A DNA stretch of 64,000 nt, taken from positions 761 through 64,760 of the forward strand of contig JAFVQD010000010.1 of assembly GCA_017504965.1 (NCBI GenBank), written 5' to 3'. The position numbers and the translations under genes were made by a program. This DNA comes from Bacteroidales bacterium (GTDB lineage Bacteria > Bacteroidota > Bacteroidia > Bacteroidales > UBA932). Below, in pieces: positions 38,182-47,790 of the stretch. The stretch's first letter is position 1. Each line of letters opens with the position of its first letter. Under the pieces are notes generated by a model. The model worked only from the letters and a program-made list of their open reading frames with translations. It did not search any database and was not told the DNA's origin.

Positions 38182-39399
38182 ATGAGAGATTTATCCGAAA
38201 TAAGGGGGGAATTTCCCGCATTGGAGCAGAAAGTGTACGGGAAGCAGCTGGTATATTTTGACAATGCCGCTACTGCCCAGAAGCCCCGTGCTGTCCTCGA
38301 TCTCATTCAGAAGATGAATGGGGGGGTCAATGCCAATATTCACCGCGCAGTGCATAAGTTGAGCGCAGAGGCCACTGATCTCTACGAAGGGGGCAGGGAG
38401 GCTGTAAGGCAATATATCAATGCCGCCAAAAGGGAGGAGGTGATCCTGACAAGTGGCACTACGGCCTCAATAAATCTGGTGGCCAATACTTACGGAGAGC
38501 ATTTCCTCTGCGAGGGTGATGCAGTCCTGGTTTCGGAGAGTGAACACCATTCGAACATAGTCCCTTGGCAGATGCTGTGTGAAAGGAAAGGGGCTGAGTT
38601 GAGGGTCCTTCCTGTGGATGAGAATGGTGCCTGGAGAATGGATTTGCTCCCAGGACTGCTGGATGAGAGGGTGAAAATTATAGCAGCTGCCCATATTTCA
38701 AATGTTCTTGGACTGGTAAATCCGGTGGAGGAGCTTATTCGCAGAGGGCACGAAGCGGGGGCGGTGGTGCTGATCGACGGTGCTCAGGGGATAGTACACC
38801 AGAGGGTAGATGTGAAGGCTCTTGACTGCGACTTTTATGTCTTTTCCGGTCACAAAATATATGCAGCTACAGGTATCGGGATCCTCTATGGTAAGGAGGA
38901 GCTGCTTGAAAAGATGCCCCCCTGGATGGGAGGGGGTGATATGGTCGGTACAGTTACCTTCGGAAAGACCACATATGCTCCACTTCCACTAAAATTTGAG
39001 GCAGGAACACCTAACTTCATAGGGGGTGCGACTTTAGCACCTGCACTTGAATTTGCTAAAGAGGTGATGAGTGATAATTATATTGAGGAAGAAAGAGAAA
39101 AGATAGATTATCTGTATCAGAACTTGAAGGCTATAGATGGATTGAGGCTATATGGAGAGGGTCCAAACAAGATCCCTGTTTTCTCTTTCTCGATAGAGGG
39201 TATCCATCACGAAGATATGGCTCTTCTACTCGATAAGATGGGGGTAGCTGTCCGCTCGGGTATGATGTGCGCAGAGCCACTGATGACCAGATTCGGTGTT
39301 ACCGGTATGCTGAGGGCGTCGCTGGCACCTTACAATACATTACAGGAGTGTGAAATTTTTATCGCTGCGCTCAATAGGGCGGTGTCGATGTTAAGATAG
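38182..39399 (+). CDS. sufS: Cysteine desulfurase, SufS subfamily
   Basis: VYFDNAATAQKP, HHSNIVPWQ, the PLP-Lys in FSGHKIY, and the catalytic Cys loop RSGMMCAEPL. Confidence 0.92.
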   Translation: MRDLSEIRGEFPALEQKVYGKQLVYFDNAATAQKPRAVLDLIQKMNGGVNANIHRAVHKLSAEATDLYEGGREAVRQYINAAKREEVILTSGTTASINLVANTYGEHFLCEGDAVLVSESEHHSNIVPWQMLCERKGAELRVLPVDENGAWRMDLLPGLLDERVKIIAAAHISNVLGLVNPVEELIRRGHEAGAVVLIDGAQGIVHQRVDVKALDCDFYVFSGHKIYAATGIGILYGKEELLEKMPPWMGGGDMVGTVTFGKTTYAPLPLKFEAGTPNFIGGATLAPALEFAKEVMSDNYIEEEREKIDYLYQNLKAIDGLRLYGEGPNKIPVFSFSIEGIHHEDMALLLDKMGVAVRSGMMCAEPLMTRFGVTGMLRASLAPYNTLQECEIFIAALNRAVSMLR

Positions 39400-39404
39400 A
39401 TTTT

Positions 39405-39830
39405 ATGGAAAACAGACCGATCGTAGATGTAGAAAACGAGATTATCGATGAATTTTCAGTCTTTGAGGACTGGATGGACAAGTATGAATATATCATCGAG
39501 CTTGGAAAGAGTGTCCCTGTGATAGATCAGGAGCAGAAGACTGAAGAAAATCTTATAAAGGGGTGTCAGTCCAGAGTGTGGCTCAGCTCTGAGTTCAGAG
39601 ATGGGAGGATATGGTTCGCAGCAGACAGCGATGCCATTATCACCAAGGGTATTATCTCCCTTCTGGTCAGAGTATTCAATGGAAGGACTCCACAGGAGAT
39701 CCTCTCATCCGATTTCAGCTTTGTAGAGAAAATAGGGCTAAAGGATAATCTTTCGCCCACCAGAGCAAATGGCTTGGTCTCTATGATCAAACAGATTAAG
39801 AATTACGCAGTAGCATATAGTGCCAAATAG
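39405..39830 (+). CDS. sufE: SufE-like sulfur acceptor protein
   Basis: KY.YIIELGK...EENLIKGCQSRVWL has the conserved acceptor Cys. Length is 141 aa. Confidence 0.85.
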   Translation: MENRPIVDVENEIIDEFSVFEDWMDKYEYIIELGKSVPVIDQEQKTEENLIKGCQSRVWLSSEFRDGRIWFAADSDAIITKGIISLLVRVFNGRTPQEILSSDFSFVEKIGLKDNLSPTRANGLVSMIKQIKNYAVAYSAK

Positions 39831-39832
39831 GT

Positions 39833-40144
39833 ATGGAGAAGAAAAAACTGGAGAAAGATATCGTCAGGGCACTCAAACAGGTGTATGACCCTGAGATCCC
39901 CGTGAATATTTACGATCTGGGACTTATCTATGAACTCGATGTAAATGATGAGGGGGAGGTAAAGATAAAAATGACACTGACAGCACCTAACTGCCCTATG
40001 GCAGATCAGTTGGTAGAGGATGTCCACGAGGCTGTGGCAGATACCCCCGGTGTGACAAATGTGTCGATAGAGTTGGTATTTGAGCCGGAATGGGACAAGA
40101 GCAGAATGTCTGAGGAGGCTCTTCTGGAATTGGGATTTCTATAA
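39833..40144 (+). CDS. DUF59 (SufT/PaaD-like) Fe-S cluster assembly protein
   Basis: VYDPEIPVNIYDLGLIY...MTLTAPNCPMA shows the classic DUF59 Cys motif. Confidence 0.85.
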   Translation: MEKKKLEKDIVRALKQVYDPEIPVNIYDLGLIYELDVNDEGEVKIKMTLTAPNCPMADQLVEDVHEAVADTPGVTNVSIELVFEPEWDKSRMSEEALLELGFL

Positions 40145-40587
40145 TGGAGAGGGTTTATTTGCTTTTGGGCTCCGATATGGGAGACAGGGAGAGAAATCTC
40201 CAGGTGGCGATCGCCCTCCTTATAAATGAACTGGCCCCGTTTTTGGGTTCTGATGTGAAGGAGTCTTCCATCCACGAATCTGAGGCTGTGGGTTTTGTTT
40301 CGGAGAGCACTTTTTTTAATCAGGCTATCTCTTTCAAGACATCTGTCTCTCCTACAGATCTCCTCAAGGTTTGTAAGTATGTTGAGGCCAAGATGGGGCG
40401 CCCTATGGAGGAGCCGCAGTACGATGAACAGGGAAACAGGATCTACAAATCGAGAATCATCGATATAGATATCCTCCTCTACGGGAATCAGACCATAGAC
40501 CTTCCAGAATTAAAAATCCCTCACCCGAGACTTCAGGAGAGGGAGTTTGCCCTTATACCACTAAGGGAGATATTTACAGACTATTGA
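40144..40587 (+). CDS. folK: 2-amino-4-hydroxy-6-hydroxymethyldihydropteridine diphosphokinase
   Basis: YLLLGSDMGDR, RIIDIDILLYG, IPHPRLQEREFALIPL. The start overlaps the preceding stop (TAATG). Confidence 0.88.
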   Translation: MERVYLLLGSDMGDRERNLQVAIALLINELAPFLGSDVKESSIHESEAVGFVSESTFFNQAISFKTSVSPTDLLKVCKYVEAKMGRPMEEPQYDEQGNRIYKSRIIDIDILLYGNQTIDLPELKIPHPRLQEREFALIPLREIFTDY

Positions 40588-41249
40588 TTCTTGATACAGT
40601 AGTCGTATAGTATCTTGATGCTTTCCAGGTTAGAGAAATCTATATCGTTCTCTTTAACGAAGACCGAGATCTTCTCCTTCAGTTTAGGATATACTTTCTG
40701 GAAGTTTCGTGTGTTTGCAGGGTATATTTTTGAGCCCTTGCAGATATAGAAAACTTCGTGATAGGAGAGATCAAATGCGCCACCTTTCTTCAGTTTGTAG
40801 GTGTTTCCCATATCACTGATGTGGGAAAGGCTCGATACGCTGGCTGTCTCAGAGGCCATACCGTATGCACCTACCACATTCTTTTTGGCTATCGCATTTA
40901 TATATCTGTGGATACCTACAGATGTGTCGTTGGTGGGGTTTAGAAGCTCCACATATTTTTTTTGCCATTTGGCGAAGTAGCGGTTCTTGATATATACAGC
41001 TTTGATCTCCTCCTCATTTTTCACGATAAGGGTGTCTTTCTTCTCGTCGATGAAGCGTACGGCATTATCGAAAGTGTTTATGTTCAGAAGGGCCTGAGAC
41101 CTCTCTCCATTATAGAAAAGGACTGTACCTATGCTGAAGTTAGGCATAATGTACTCGAGAGAGTCAACATTGAAATTGGCGTGGGCTTGAGCTGAGGCCG
41201 TTTGCCAAGATAGGATCGATACCAATACGATCAGCAGTACTTTTTTCAT
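40581..41249 (-). CDS. Hypothetical secreted protein
   Basis: A clear signal peptide (MKKVLLIVLVSILSWQTASAQA), a well-packed position upstream of nothing else, and no recognisable motif. Confidence 0.5.
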   Translation of the reverse strand: MKKVLLIVLVSILSWQTASAQAHANFNVDSLEYIMPNFSIGTVLFYNGERSQALLNINTFDNAVRFIDEKKDTLIVKNEEEIKAVYIKNRYFAKWQKKYVELLNPTNDTSVGIHRYINAIAKKNVVGAYGMASETASVSSLSHISDMGNTYKLKKGGAFDLSYHEVFYICKGSKIYPANTRNFQKVYPKLKEKISVFVKENDIDFSNLESIKILYDYCIKNQ

Positions 41250-41255
41250 AAGGCA

Positions 41256-43100
41256 TTAGTAATTTAGAAAGTTAGAAAATTCCTCTATAGAGCTATTGCC
41301 CACCGGACCTGAAAGGATCTTCTCTGAGTGGTCAATGATGGCGTATAGAGGCTGTGATGCAGAGCCGAATTTCTCCATCTCATATTGTCTGAAGCGTTTG
41401 CCGAGGGTTTTGTACTCAGCATCGGCCCCTTTGTCATCTACATATAGATTTGCTATCACGAAGTCGGTGCTTAGTCTGTCCAGGATAGCAGGTTCATTCA
41501 GCACTGTCGCTTCCATCACCTTGCATACGCTGCAAGTGTGTGATTTGAAAGAGAGAAATATGGGTTTGCCTGTCTCTTGGGAAGCTTTGATGGCCTCATC
41601 GAGTGTGCTGTATGATTTCAGTGAAGAGTAGCCTGAAGGGGCTGCATCGCTGTTGGTATTGGCCGCAGGTGCGGAGATTACTGTGGTGGAGCCATCCATT
41701 GGTGGAATCATACCGGAGATGCTCTTAAGTGGTGCACCGAACAGACCGGGGATGAGGTAGAACACGAAAGCGAAGCAGGCGATAGCTGCGACCATTCTGC
41801 CCCAGCCGATACCATCTACAGGTGAATCGTGATTAGTGCGGATAACTCCGAGGAAATATAGGCCAAGTAGGAGTACGAGGGTGATCCATATTGCCAGGAA
41901 GCCAAGTCTGGTGATGATGCCCCATCCGAAGTATGCGTCTACATTATATAGGAACTTAACGGCAAATGCCATCAGTACGAATGCAAATACTACTTTAATT
42001 ACATTGAGCCAACCTCCTGATTTAGGGAGTTTTTTCATCATACCTGGGAAGAAAGAGCATACTACGAATGGTAGTGAGAATGCTGCTCCGAATACAGCCA
42101 TTCCGAGGATAGGCTTGAGGGTGACGCCACCCACTACTGCTGCAGCCAGGATAGACCCTACAAATGGACCGGTGCAGGAGAATGATACGATAACCATAGC
42201 CAATGCTACGAAGAACGCTCCTATATAACCGCCTTTATCTGCTTGACGGTCAGCTTTATTAGCAAGTCCGCTCGGAAGTGTTATTTCAAATGCTCCGAGG
42301 AAAGAGATTGAGAATACGATAAATAAAGCTGCGAATATCAAGTTTGGAATCCAGTGTGTTCCGAGTGCATCGGTAGCAGCTGTACTTCCAAACAGAGCGA
42401 CTATAAGACCGAGTAGGGTATAGATTACCACTACCGAAAGTCCGAAGGTAAGCCCTTTCATCACTCCAGATTTTTTGGATGATGCTCCGCCGATAAGGAA
42501 CCCTACGGTCATAGGGATCATAGGGAATACGCAGGGGGTCACCACGCCGCTTAAACCGGCAGCGAAGGCGATAAGTAGGAACCATAGCAGAGATTCATCT
42601 TTCCCTTTTTTGGCTTTCGGGGCTTCTACCACCTCTGCTCCTACCATTTTTATATTTACATTTATCTCATTCTCATTGATCAGGCACTCTTCGCCGTTAC
42701 AAGTCTGGTAGACGAGTGTCCCCTGAACTGTGAAATTGCCCTTGGCAGAGGGTTTGATTATCTGTTTGAATTGGGCATTGCCCTCGAAATAGTAGACATC
42801 GAGGCCAAAGGCAGAGTCGAATTTGGTCTTGGGTTCGACTCCATCCACCATTGCCCCTTCGGGCTGGGCCGGGGTCTGGGCATCCATATCGAAATTGGCG
42901 GTCATTGGGCCACCTTTGACAGGGGTAGCGCTGTACAAATACCACTCATCAGAGATCTGAATGTCGAAAATCAGCTCTACATTGCCGTCTGAGAGAACAT
43001 TGTAGGATGTCTTTACAAATGTGGTTTCCTGTGCTCCGGCAGATACACAGGTGAATAAAAGGGCAAAGGCTGCTAATAGTGAGATAAAAAATCTTCTCAT
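41256..43100 (-). CDS. dsbD: Thiol:disulfide interchange protein DsbD family (cytochrome c biogenesis DsbD core plus C-terminal thioredoxin)
   Basis: N-terminal periplasmic domain, a multi-TM core with TPCVFPMIP and SFSCTGP Cys motifs, and a C-terminal thioredoxin fold with HTCSVCK (CxxC). Confidence 0.85.
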   Translation of the reverse strand: MRRFFISLLAAFALLFTCVSAGAQETTFVKTSYNVLSDGNVELIFDIQISDEWYLYSATPVKGGPMTANFDMDAQTPAQPEGAMVDGVEPKTKFDSAFGLDVYYFEGNAQFKQIIKPSAKGNFTVQGTLVYQTCNGEECLINENEINVNIKMVGAEVVEAPKAKKGKDESLLWFLLIAFAAGLSGVVTPCVFPMIPMTVGFLIGGASSKKSGVMKGLTFGLSVVVIYTLLGLIVALFGSTAATDALGTHWIPNLIFAALFIVFSISFLGAFEITLPSGLANKADRQADKGGYIGAFFVALAMVIVSFSCTGPFVGSILAAAVVGGVTLKPILGMAVFGAAFSLPFVVCSFFPGMMKKLPKSGGWLNVIKVVFAFVLMAFAVKFLYNVDAYFGWGIITRLGFLAIWITLVLLLGLYFLGVIRTNHDSPVDGIGWGRMVAAIACFAFVFYLIPGLFGAPLKSISGMIPPMDGSTTVISAPAANTNSDAAPSGYSSLKSYSTLDEAIKASQETGKPIFLSFKSHTCSVCKVMEATVLNEPAILDRLSTDFVIANLYVDDKGADAEYKTLGKRFRQYEMEKFGSASQPLYAIIDHSEKILSGPVGNSSIEEFSNFLNY

Positions 43101-43157
43101 AACTATAAATAATTTAAATACTTCCTCAATTAAAAAGCAAAAATATTAAAATATTAG

Positions 43158-43165
43158 TACTTTTG
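43158..43165 (+). promoter_or_regulatory. Bacteroidota -7 promoter box (TACTTTTG) for glyQS
   Basis: TACTTTTG lies 30 nt upstream of the ATG at 43195. Confidence 0.55.
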
Positions 43166-43194
43166 CACCCTTAATACAAAAACATCACAAAAAG

Positions 43195-44739
43195 ATGACA
43201 CAAGAAGAACTCTTTAGAAATCTTATTGCACACTCGAAGGAGTATGGATTTATCTTCCCTTCAAGTGAAGTTTATGACGGTTTGAGCGCTGTTTATGACT
43301 ATGGTCAGCTCGGCTCTGAATTGAAAAACAACATCAAAAAATATTGGTGGGATTCGATGGTAAAAGTGCACGAGAATATCGTGGGGATCGATTCTGCTAT
43401 CTTTATGCACCCAAAAATCTGGGAGGCATCGGGTCACGTAGGTGCATTCAACGACCCACTTATCGATAACAAGGACTCTAAGAAAAGATATCGTGCAGAT
43501 GTCCTTTTGGAGGATTATATCGCGAAGATCGAGGAGAAAATAAATAAAGAGGTGGAGAAGGGGAGAAAGAAGTTTGGGGATGCTTTCGACGAGGAGCAGT
43601 TCCGTGCGACCAACCCTAATGTCCTTCGAAATAAGGCAAAAGCAGACGCAGTGCGCCAGAAGATGGCTGATGCTCTAAATGCAAACGATCTTGTGGCCCT
43701 GAAAGACCTTATCGTAGAGTGTGAGATTGCCTGCCCTATCTCAGGTACCAAAAACTGGACAGATGTGCGTCAGTTCAATCTTATGTTCAGCACCCAGCTC
43801 GGTAGCGTATCGGATGAATCAGGGACCATCTACCTCCGTCCGGAGACTGCTCAGGGTATCTTCGTAAACTTCCTTAATGTGCAGAAAACCGGCAGGATGA
43901 AAGTTCCTTTCGGTATCGCCCAGATAGGTAAAGCGTTCCGCAATGAGATCGTAGCCCGCCAGTTCATCTTCCGTATGAGGGAGTTCGAACAGATGGAGAT
44001 GCAGTTCTTCGTTCGTCCTGGCGAGGAGCTCAAATGGTTCCAGAAATGGAAAGAGACCCGTCTTGCCTGGCATAAGGCTCTCGGAATGGGTGACAAGAAA
44101 TACCGTTACCACGATCACGAAAAATTGGCTCACTATGCCAATGCTGCTACCGATATAGAATTCGAATTCCCATTCGGCTTCAAAGAACTTGAGGGTATCC
44201 ACTCACGTACAGACTTCGACTTGAGCCAGCACCAGAAGTTCTCAGGACGTAAGATGCAGTACTTCGATCCTGAAACCAATGAAAGCTATGTGCCATATGT
44301 TATCGAGACATCTATCGGCCTGGACCGTATGTTCCTATCTGTCCTCTCTGCAGCTTACTGCGAAGAGAAGCTTGAGAATGGTGAGACACGTGTGGTTCTC
44401 AGAATTCCACCTGTACTTGCACCTGTGAAATTGGCTGTACTTCCTCTTGTGAAAAAAGATGGTCTTCCAGAGGTGGCTCACAAGATTATGCACGATCTGA
44501 AATACGATTTCAACTGCCAGTATGACGAGAAAGACAGTATCGGTAAGAGATATCGCCGTCAGGATGCTATCGGTACACCATTCTGTATCACCATCGACCA
44601 CCAGACACTTGAAGATAATCAGGTAACCATCCGTTATCGTGACACTATGACTCAGGAGCGTATCCCTATCGACAAAGTGAGATCGATTATCGAGGAGAAA
44701 GTGAGCTTCAAGGATCTGTTTATGCAGCTCGAGAAGTAA
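43195..44739 (+). CDS. glyQS: Glycine--tRNA ligase (single-chain, class II alpha2 type)
   Basis: FIFPSSEVYDGLSAVYDYG.LG, LRPETAQGIFVNF, QIGKAFRNE, SIGLDRM, and a C-terminal anticodon-binding domain. Confidence 0.95.
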   Translation: MTQEELFRNLIAHSKEYGFIFPSSEVYDGLSAVYDYGQLGSELKNNIKKYWWDSMVKVHENIVGIDSAIFMHPKIWEASGHVGAFNDPLIDNKDSKKRYRADVLLEDYIAKIEEKINKEVEKGRKKFGDAFDEEQFRATNPNVLRNKAKADAVRQKMADALNANDLVALKDLIVECEIACPISGTKNWTDVRQFNLMFSTQLGSVSDESGTIYLRPETAQGIFVNFLNVQKTGRMKVPFGIAQIGKAFRNEIVARQFIFRMREFEQMEMQFFVRPGEELKWFQKWKETRLAWHKALGMGDKKYRYHDHEKLAHYANAATDIEFEFPFGFKELEGIHSRTDFDLSQHQKFSGRKMQYFDPETNESYVPYVIETSIGLDRMFLSVLSAAYCEEKLENGETRVVLRIPPVLAPVKLAVLPLVKKDGLPEVAHKIMHDLKYDFNCQYDEKDSIGKRYRRQDAIGTPFCITIDHQTLEDNQVTIRYRDTMTQERIPIDKVRSIIEEKVSFKDLFMQLEK

Positions 44740-44841
44740 TTAATAGTATATATATCTATAAGAAGGGGTGACAGGTATTCTTGTTGCCCCTTTTTTTATC
44801 AGATTTTATTAACTTTACTCTTTGTAAAAAAAGGTAGTTAT

Positions 44842-46026
44842 ATGGAGAAAGTAAATGAACAAATGTTGGAATGGATGCTTGGTTTGGGGCTGTCAGAGAA
44901 TCTCTCTATGATGATATGGCGAGTAACTGTGATATTGGCTATATTTATAATAGCTTTCATCGTGGACAGGATCTGCAGAAGGGCTGTTATCCCCGTAATG
45001 CGGAAAATCACAGTCAAAACAGAGTTCAAATGGGACGACTACATCCTCAGTGACAGTGTACTGAACAATCTGTGCAGACTTATCCCCCCTATATCCATAT
45101 ATGCACTGATACCGTACGCCCTCCCGGATGATGCCATTCTGGACTTCGCTCTCCAGCTTTGTGTCGTATACATTACCATAGTGTGTATTATGCTTGTGTG
45201 TTCTATCATATCATCTCTGTATGCTATGGCCAGTGAGCACGAAAAGTTAAAGGAGCACTCTATGAAAGGACTTTATCAGATGCTTAAACTGGTGGTGATA
45301 TGTATAGGTGTCATCATAATCATCAGCACACTGATAGGCAAAAGCCCACTTGTGATTCTTACAGGTCTGGGTGCCAGTACTGCTATTCTGATGTTGGTCT
45401 TTCAGGATACTATCAAAGGGTTTGTGGCAGGAATTCAGCTCATTTCAAACGATATGCTCCGTCCGGGTGACTGGATCACTATGCCCAAATATGGTGCTGA
45501 TGGTGATGTGATAGAGGTGACTTTGACCACAGTTAAGGTGCGTAACTGGGATAAAACCATCACAACAGTCCCCCCTTATGCTCTGGTAAACGATTCGTTT
45601 CAGAACTGGAGAGGAATGTTTGAAACAGGTGGACGTCGTGTGAAAAGGTCACTCAATATCGATATGAATACAGTCCGTTTCTGTACATCAGAAGAGATGG
45701 ATCGCTATAGGGGGCAGCCCTGGATGGAGGGGTTTGAGCCGACAGGCAGTGATGAGGTAAATCTTTACATCTTCCGTCACTATGTGGAGTATTATCTGCG
45801 TCATCATCCTAAGGTTAATTCAGATATGATAATGACTGTCAGACAGCTCCAGCCGACAGCCCAAGGTATGCCCATAGAACTCTACTTCTTCTCAGCAGAT
45901 ACAGCCTGGCTGAATTATGAGCATCTTCAGGCTGAAGTGTTTGACCATATTCTGGCTATGCTCCACACATTCGGACTGAGAGTATTCCAAAGTCCCTCAG
46001 GAATGGACCTTCAGAATTCCCGATAG
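44842..46026 (+). CDS. Mechanosensitive ion channel family protein (MscS-like)
   Basis: TM helices are followed by the MscS beta-domain PGDWITMPKYGADGDVIEVTLTTVKVRNWDKTITTVPPYALVNDSFQNW. Confidence 0.85.
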   Translation: MEKVNEQMLEWMLGLGLSENLSMMIWRVTVILAIFIIAFIVDRICRRAVIPVMRKITVKTEFKWDDYILSDSVLNNLCRLIPPISIYALIPYALPDDAILDFALQLCVVYITIVCIMLVCSIISSLYAMASEHEKLKEHSMKGLYQMLKLVVICIGVIIIISTLIGKSPLVILTGLGASTAILMLVFQDTIKGFVAGIQLISNDMLRPGDWITMPKYGADGDVIEVTLTTVKVRNWDKTITTVPPYALVNDSFQNWRGMFETGGRRVKRSLNIDMNTVRFCTSEEMDRYRGQPWMEGFEPTGSDEVNLYIFRHYVEYYLRHHPKVNSDMIMTVRQLQPTAQGMPIELYFFSADTAWLNYEHLQAEVFDHILAMLHTFGLRVFQSPSGMDLQNSR

Positions 46027-46065
46027 GGATTGATTTGCAAATGATTTTTGAATACGCTTATTTCA

Positions 46066-46686
46066 TCATATGCGATTTATCTCATTTTGGAGATTGGCAA
46101 GGAATCGTCCTGCGTGAGCGCCATCCATTTGGGTGTGGTGAAATTGAAATGATATGGTCAGGTAGTATCGGAAGAACTTCTTCTTGTACCTGCCCCAGAT
46201 AATGAACGGATTGTTAAAGATACCGCTGTTCATTCCAACTGCTCCATCAATTTCTGTATCAATGATGGCAGAGGTGCCGATAACCATACTATCCTCAGAC
46301 AAGTCTCTGTCTTGACAAGTGGTCGCAACCTCAGATGTATATTTCAAGTATTCATCATTAAATTCTTTCAGTTTCTCATTAAAGAGTATGTCACAAGAAC
46401 TTACCTCTCCTGTCTTGTTCTTAACTATTGTGTTGACTGCGATTGAATCGTACTGTATAAGTTCGTCTCCGACAGGAAGGACATAGAACTCCTTTATAGG
46501 AGCAGCAGCCTTACCTATGCACCAATCAAGCAGCATATTGAATTTTACACCCTGTTTCTTACTGACCTTTACAAGTCTTGTCACATTAATTGTCTTGATG
46601 AAAGTCACCATAGGGTTAGGTGCCTGCATCCAAGACTCGTATGCAAAGGCTCTTGTGGTCTGTTTGGGGTCAACTGAATGTGCCAT
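46066..46686 (-). CDS. CatA-like (type A chloramphenicol acetyltransferase fold) O-acetyltransferase
   Basis: The C-terminal LTISFQFHHTQMDGAHAGRFLANLQNEI aligns with the CAT catalytic block L.LS.QVHHAVCDG.H...F. Length of 206 aa is CAT-like. Confidence 0.7.
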   Translation of the reverse strand: MAHSVDPKQTTRAFAYESWMQAPNPMVTFIKTINVTRLVKVSKKQGVKFNMLLDWCIGKAAAPIKEFYVLPVGDELIQYDSIAVNTIVKNKTGEVSSCDILFNEKLKEFNDEYLKYTSEVATTCQDRDLSEDSMVIGTSAIIDTEIDGAVGMNSGIFNNPFIIWGRYKKKFFRYYLTISFQFHHTQMDGAHAGRFLANLQNEINRI

Positions 46687-46740
46687 ATTAATTGCGATTT
46701 ACTAATACAAATCTATAAAAACTTCATAAAACATTCATAC

Positions 46741-46879
46741 TCTTGAATATCTCCACCTTGGTAATAGGGTGATTTCGTGAATTGTTTTCTTGCAAGTGTC
46801 AGACGGTTCTGGATGTTTAGTAACCTGATATCAGAGATGCCAAAAATATTTTCAGATAAGTTCAAAACGATAGGTCTTA
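46741..46879 (-). pseudogene. 3' fragment of a paralogue of the Y1-nuclease/HTH gene at 48139-49041
   Basis: 46784-46879 is identical (96/96) to 48222-48317. Flanking bases are diverged with indels. There is no 5' part and no start codon. Confidence 0.8.
46753..46789. repeat. 37-nt direct repeat, copy A (partner at 47754-47790)
   Basis: CCACCTTGGTAATAGGGTGATTTCGTGAATTGTTTTC versus CCACCTTGGTAATAGAGTGATTTGCTGAATTCTTTTC. Identity is 33/37, and the copies are offset by exactly 1001 bp. Confidence 0.85.
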
Positions 46880-46965
46880 GAGGTTTATTTCTTCTATATT
46901 TCGATTGAAAATGTCTATGACTGACTTCTCCGTAATTAGATAGTATTATTTAGCGATAATTTAAA

Positions 46966-47685
46966 TTATCTCTCCCAACCTTCTACACGATATACCTTTT
47001 CACAAAGTTTCTGTTCCTGTTGAGTGTCGGCATCTCTATGCCATACTTCAATTCTTGCAGCGTAGTAATCCCCCCATTCACCTTCGTATATTGTGAACCG
47101 CTGCTTGCTTACCAATTGCGTAAATGAAGTTGAACGTTCTATTGAAACCTTGCTTGCTTCAAGTATTCTTTCCTCGGACAATGGTAAATTTTCTGTTACC
47201 TCGTAACATTTTAGGTATATGTCTCCTGCGGGTAATGCACCATAGTAAAAATCATATAGGTATCTACCACCTTGGGAATCATTCTGAATTTGTAGATAGG
47301 AGTCTGTGTTAAGACTATCTGCACTTTCGATTTGTCGGGATTCCATATCATACGGAATGCTGTTTTCTTGCCCCTCAGGAATAGAGTGATTCTTTCCGAA
47401 GTCATCTGGCACTGGACCATATAATGACAGAAAAGCAGAGATGAATGTAAAAGCGACTATGACTATCACAGAACTTATAAATGATAAGATGCTTTTACAC
47501 CATTTTTTACTCTTGATAAGAAGCACCCACGATATTACTATGCAAATGCAGAGTAATAGCATTATTCCGAATACGATAGTAAATAAGATGTCATACGATG
47601 TAAAGATTAGTACGTCAAAAATGACAGCGAATGTAAGAAGTGCGACTATTAAAGCCCACCAATACTTCAGAATAAACTGCTTCAT
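46966..47685 (-). CDS. Hypothetical membrane protein (3 N-terminal TM helices plus a roughly 140-aa soluble domain)
   Basis: Clean ORF with three strong hydrophobic helices. The C-terminal domain has no motif I recognise. It is bracketed by the 37-nt repeats. Confidence 0.5.
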   Translation of the reverse strand: MKQFILKYWWALIVALLTFAVIFDVLIFTSYDILFTIVFGIMLLLCICIVISWVLLIKSKKWCKSILSFISSVIVIVAFTFISAFLSLYGPVPDDFGKNHSIPEGQENSIPYDMESRQIESADSLNTDSYLQIQNDSQGGRYLYDFYYGALPAGDIYLKCYEVTENLPLSEERILEASKVSIERSTSFTQLVSKQRFTIYEGEWGDYYAARIEVWHRDADTQQEQKLCEKVYRVEGWER

Positions 47686-47753
47686 AGTAAGGTTTCAAAT
47701 TGTATGTGTAAAGATATATAAACAAAAGGAACTATCAAAAGTGAGAAATTTTC

Positions 47754-47790
47754 CCACCTTGGTAATAGAGTGATTTGCTGAATTCTTTTC
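47754..47790. repeat. 37-nt direct repeat, copy B (a more decayed remnant of the same gene 3' end)
   Basis: See copy A. Reading the minus strand in the equivalent frame gives RKEFSKSLYYQGG, against RKQFTKSPYYQGG for copy A. Confidence 0.8.

Noticed and set aside
46021-46066. A GGGATTGATTTG just after mscS as a possible att-like duplicate of the tRNA-Ser T-arm (GGGGGATTCGAACCCCC), which would mark the far island border.
   Set aside because: Only 6-7 nt match. That is far too short for an att repeat, and no integrase is present in the patch.
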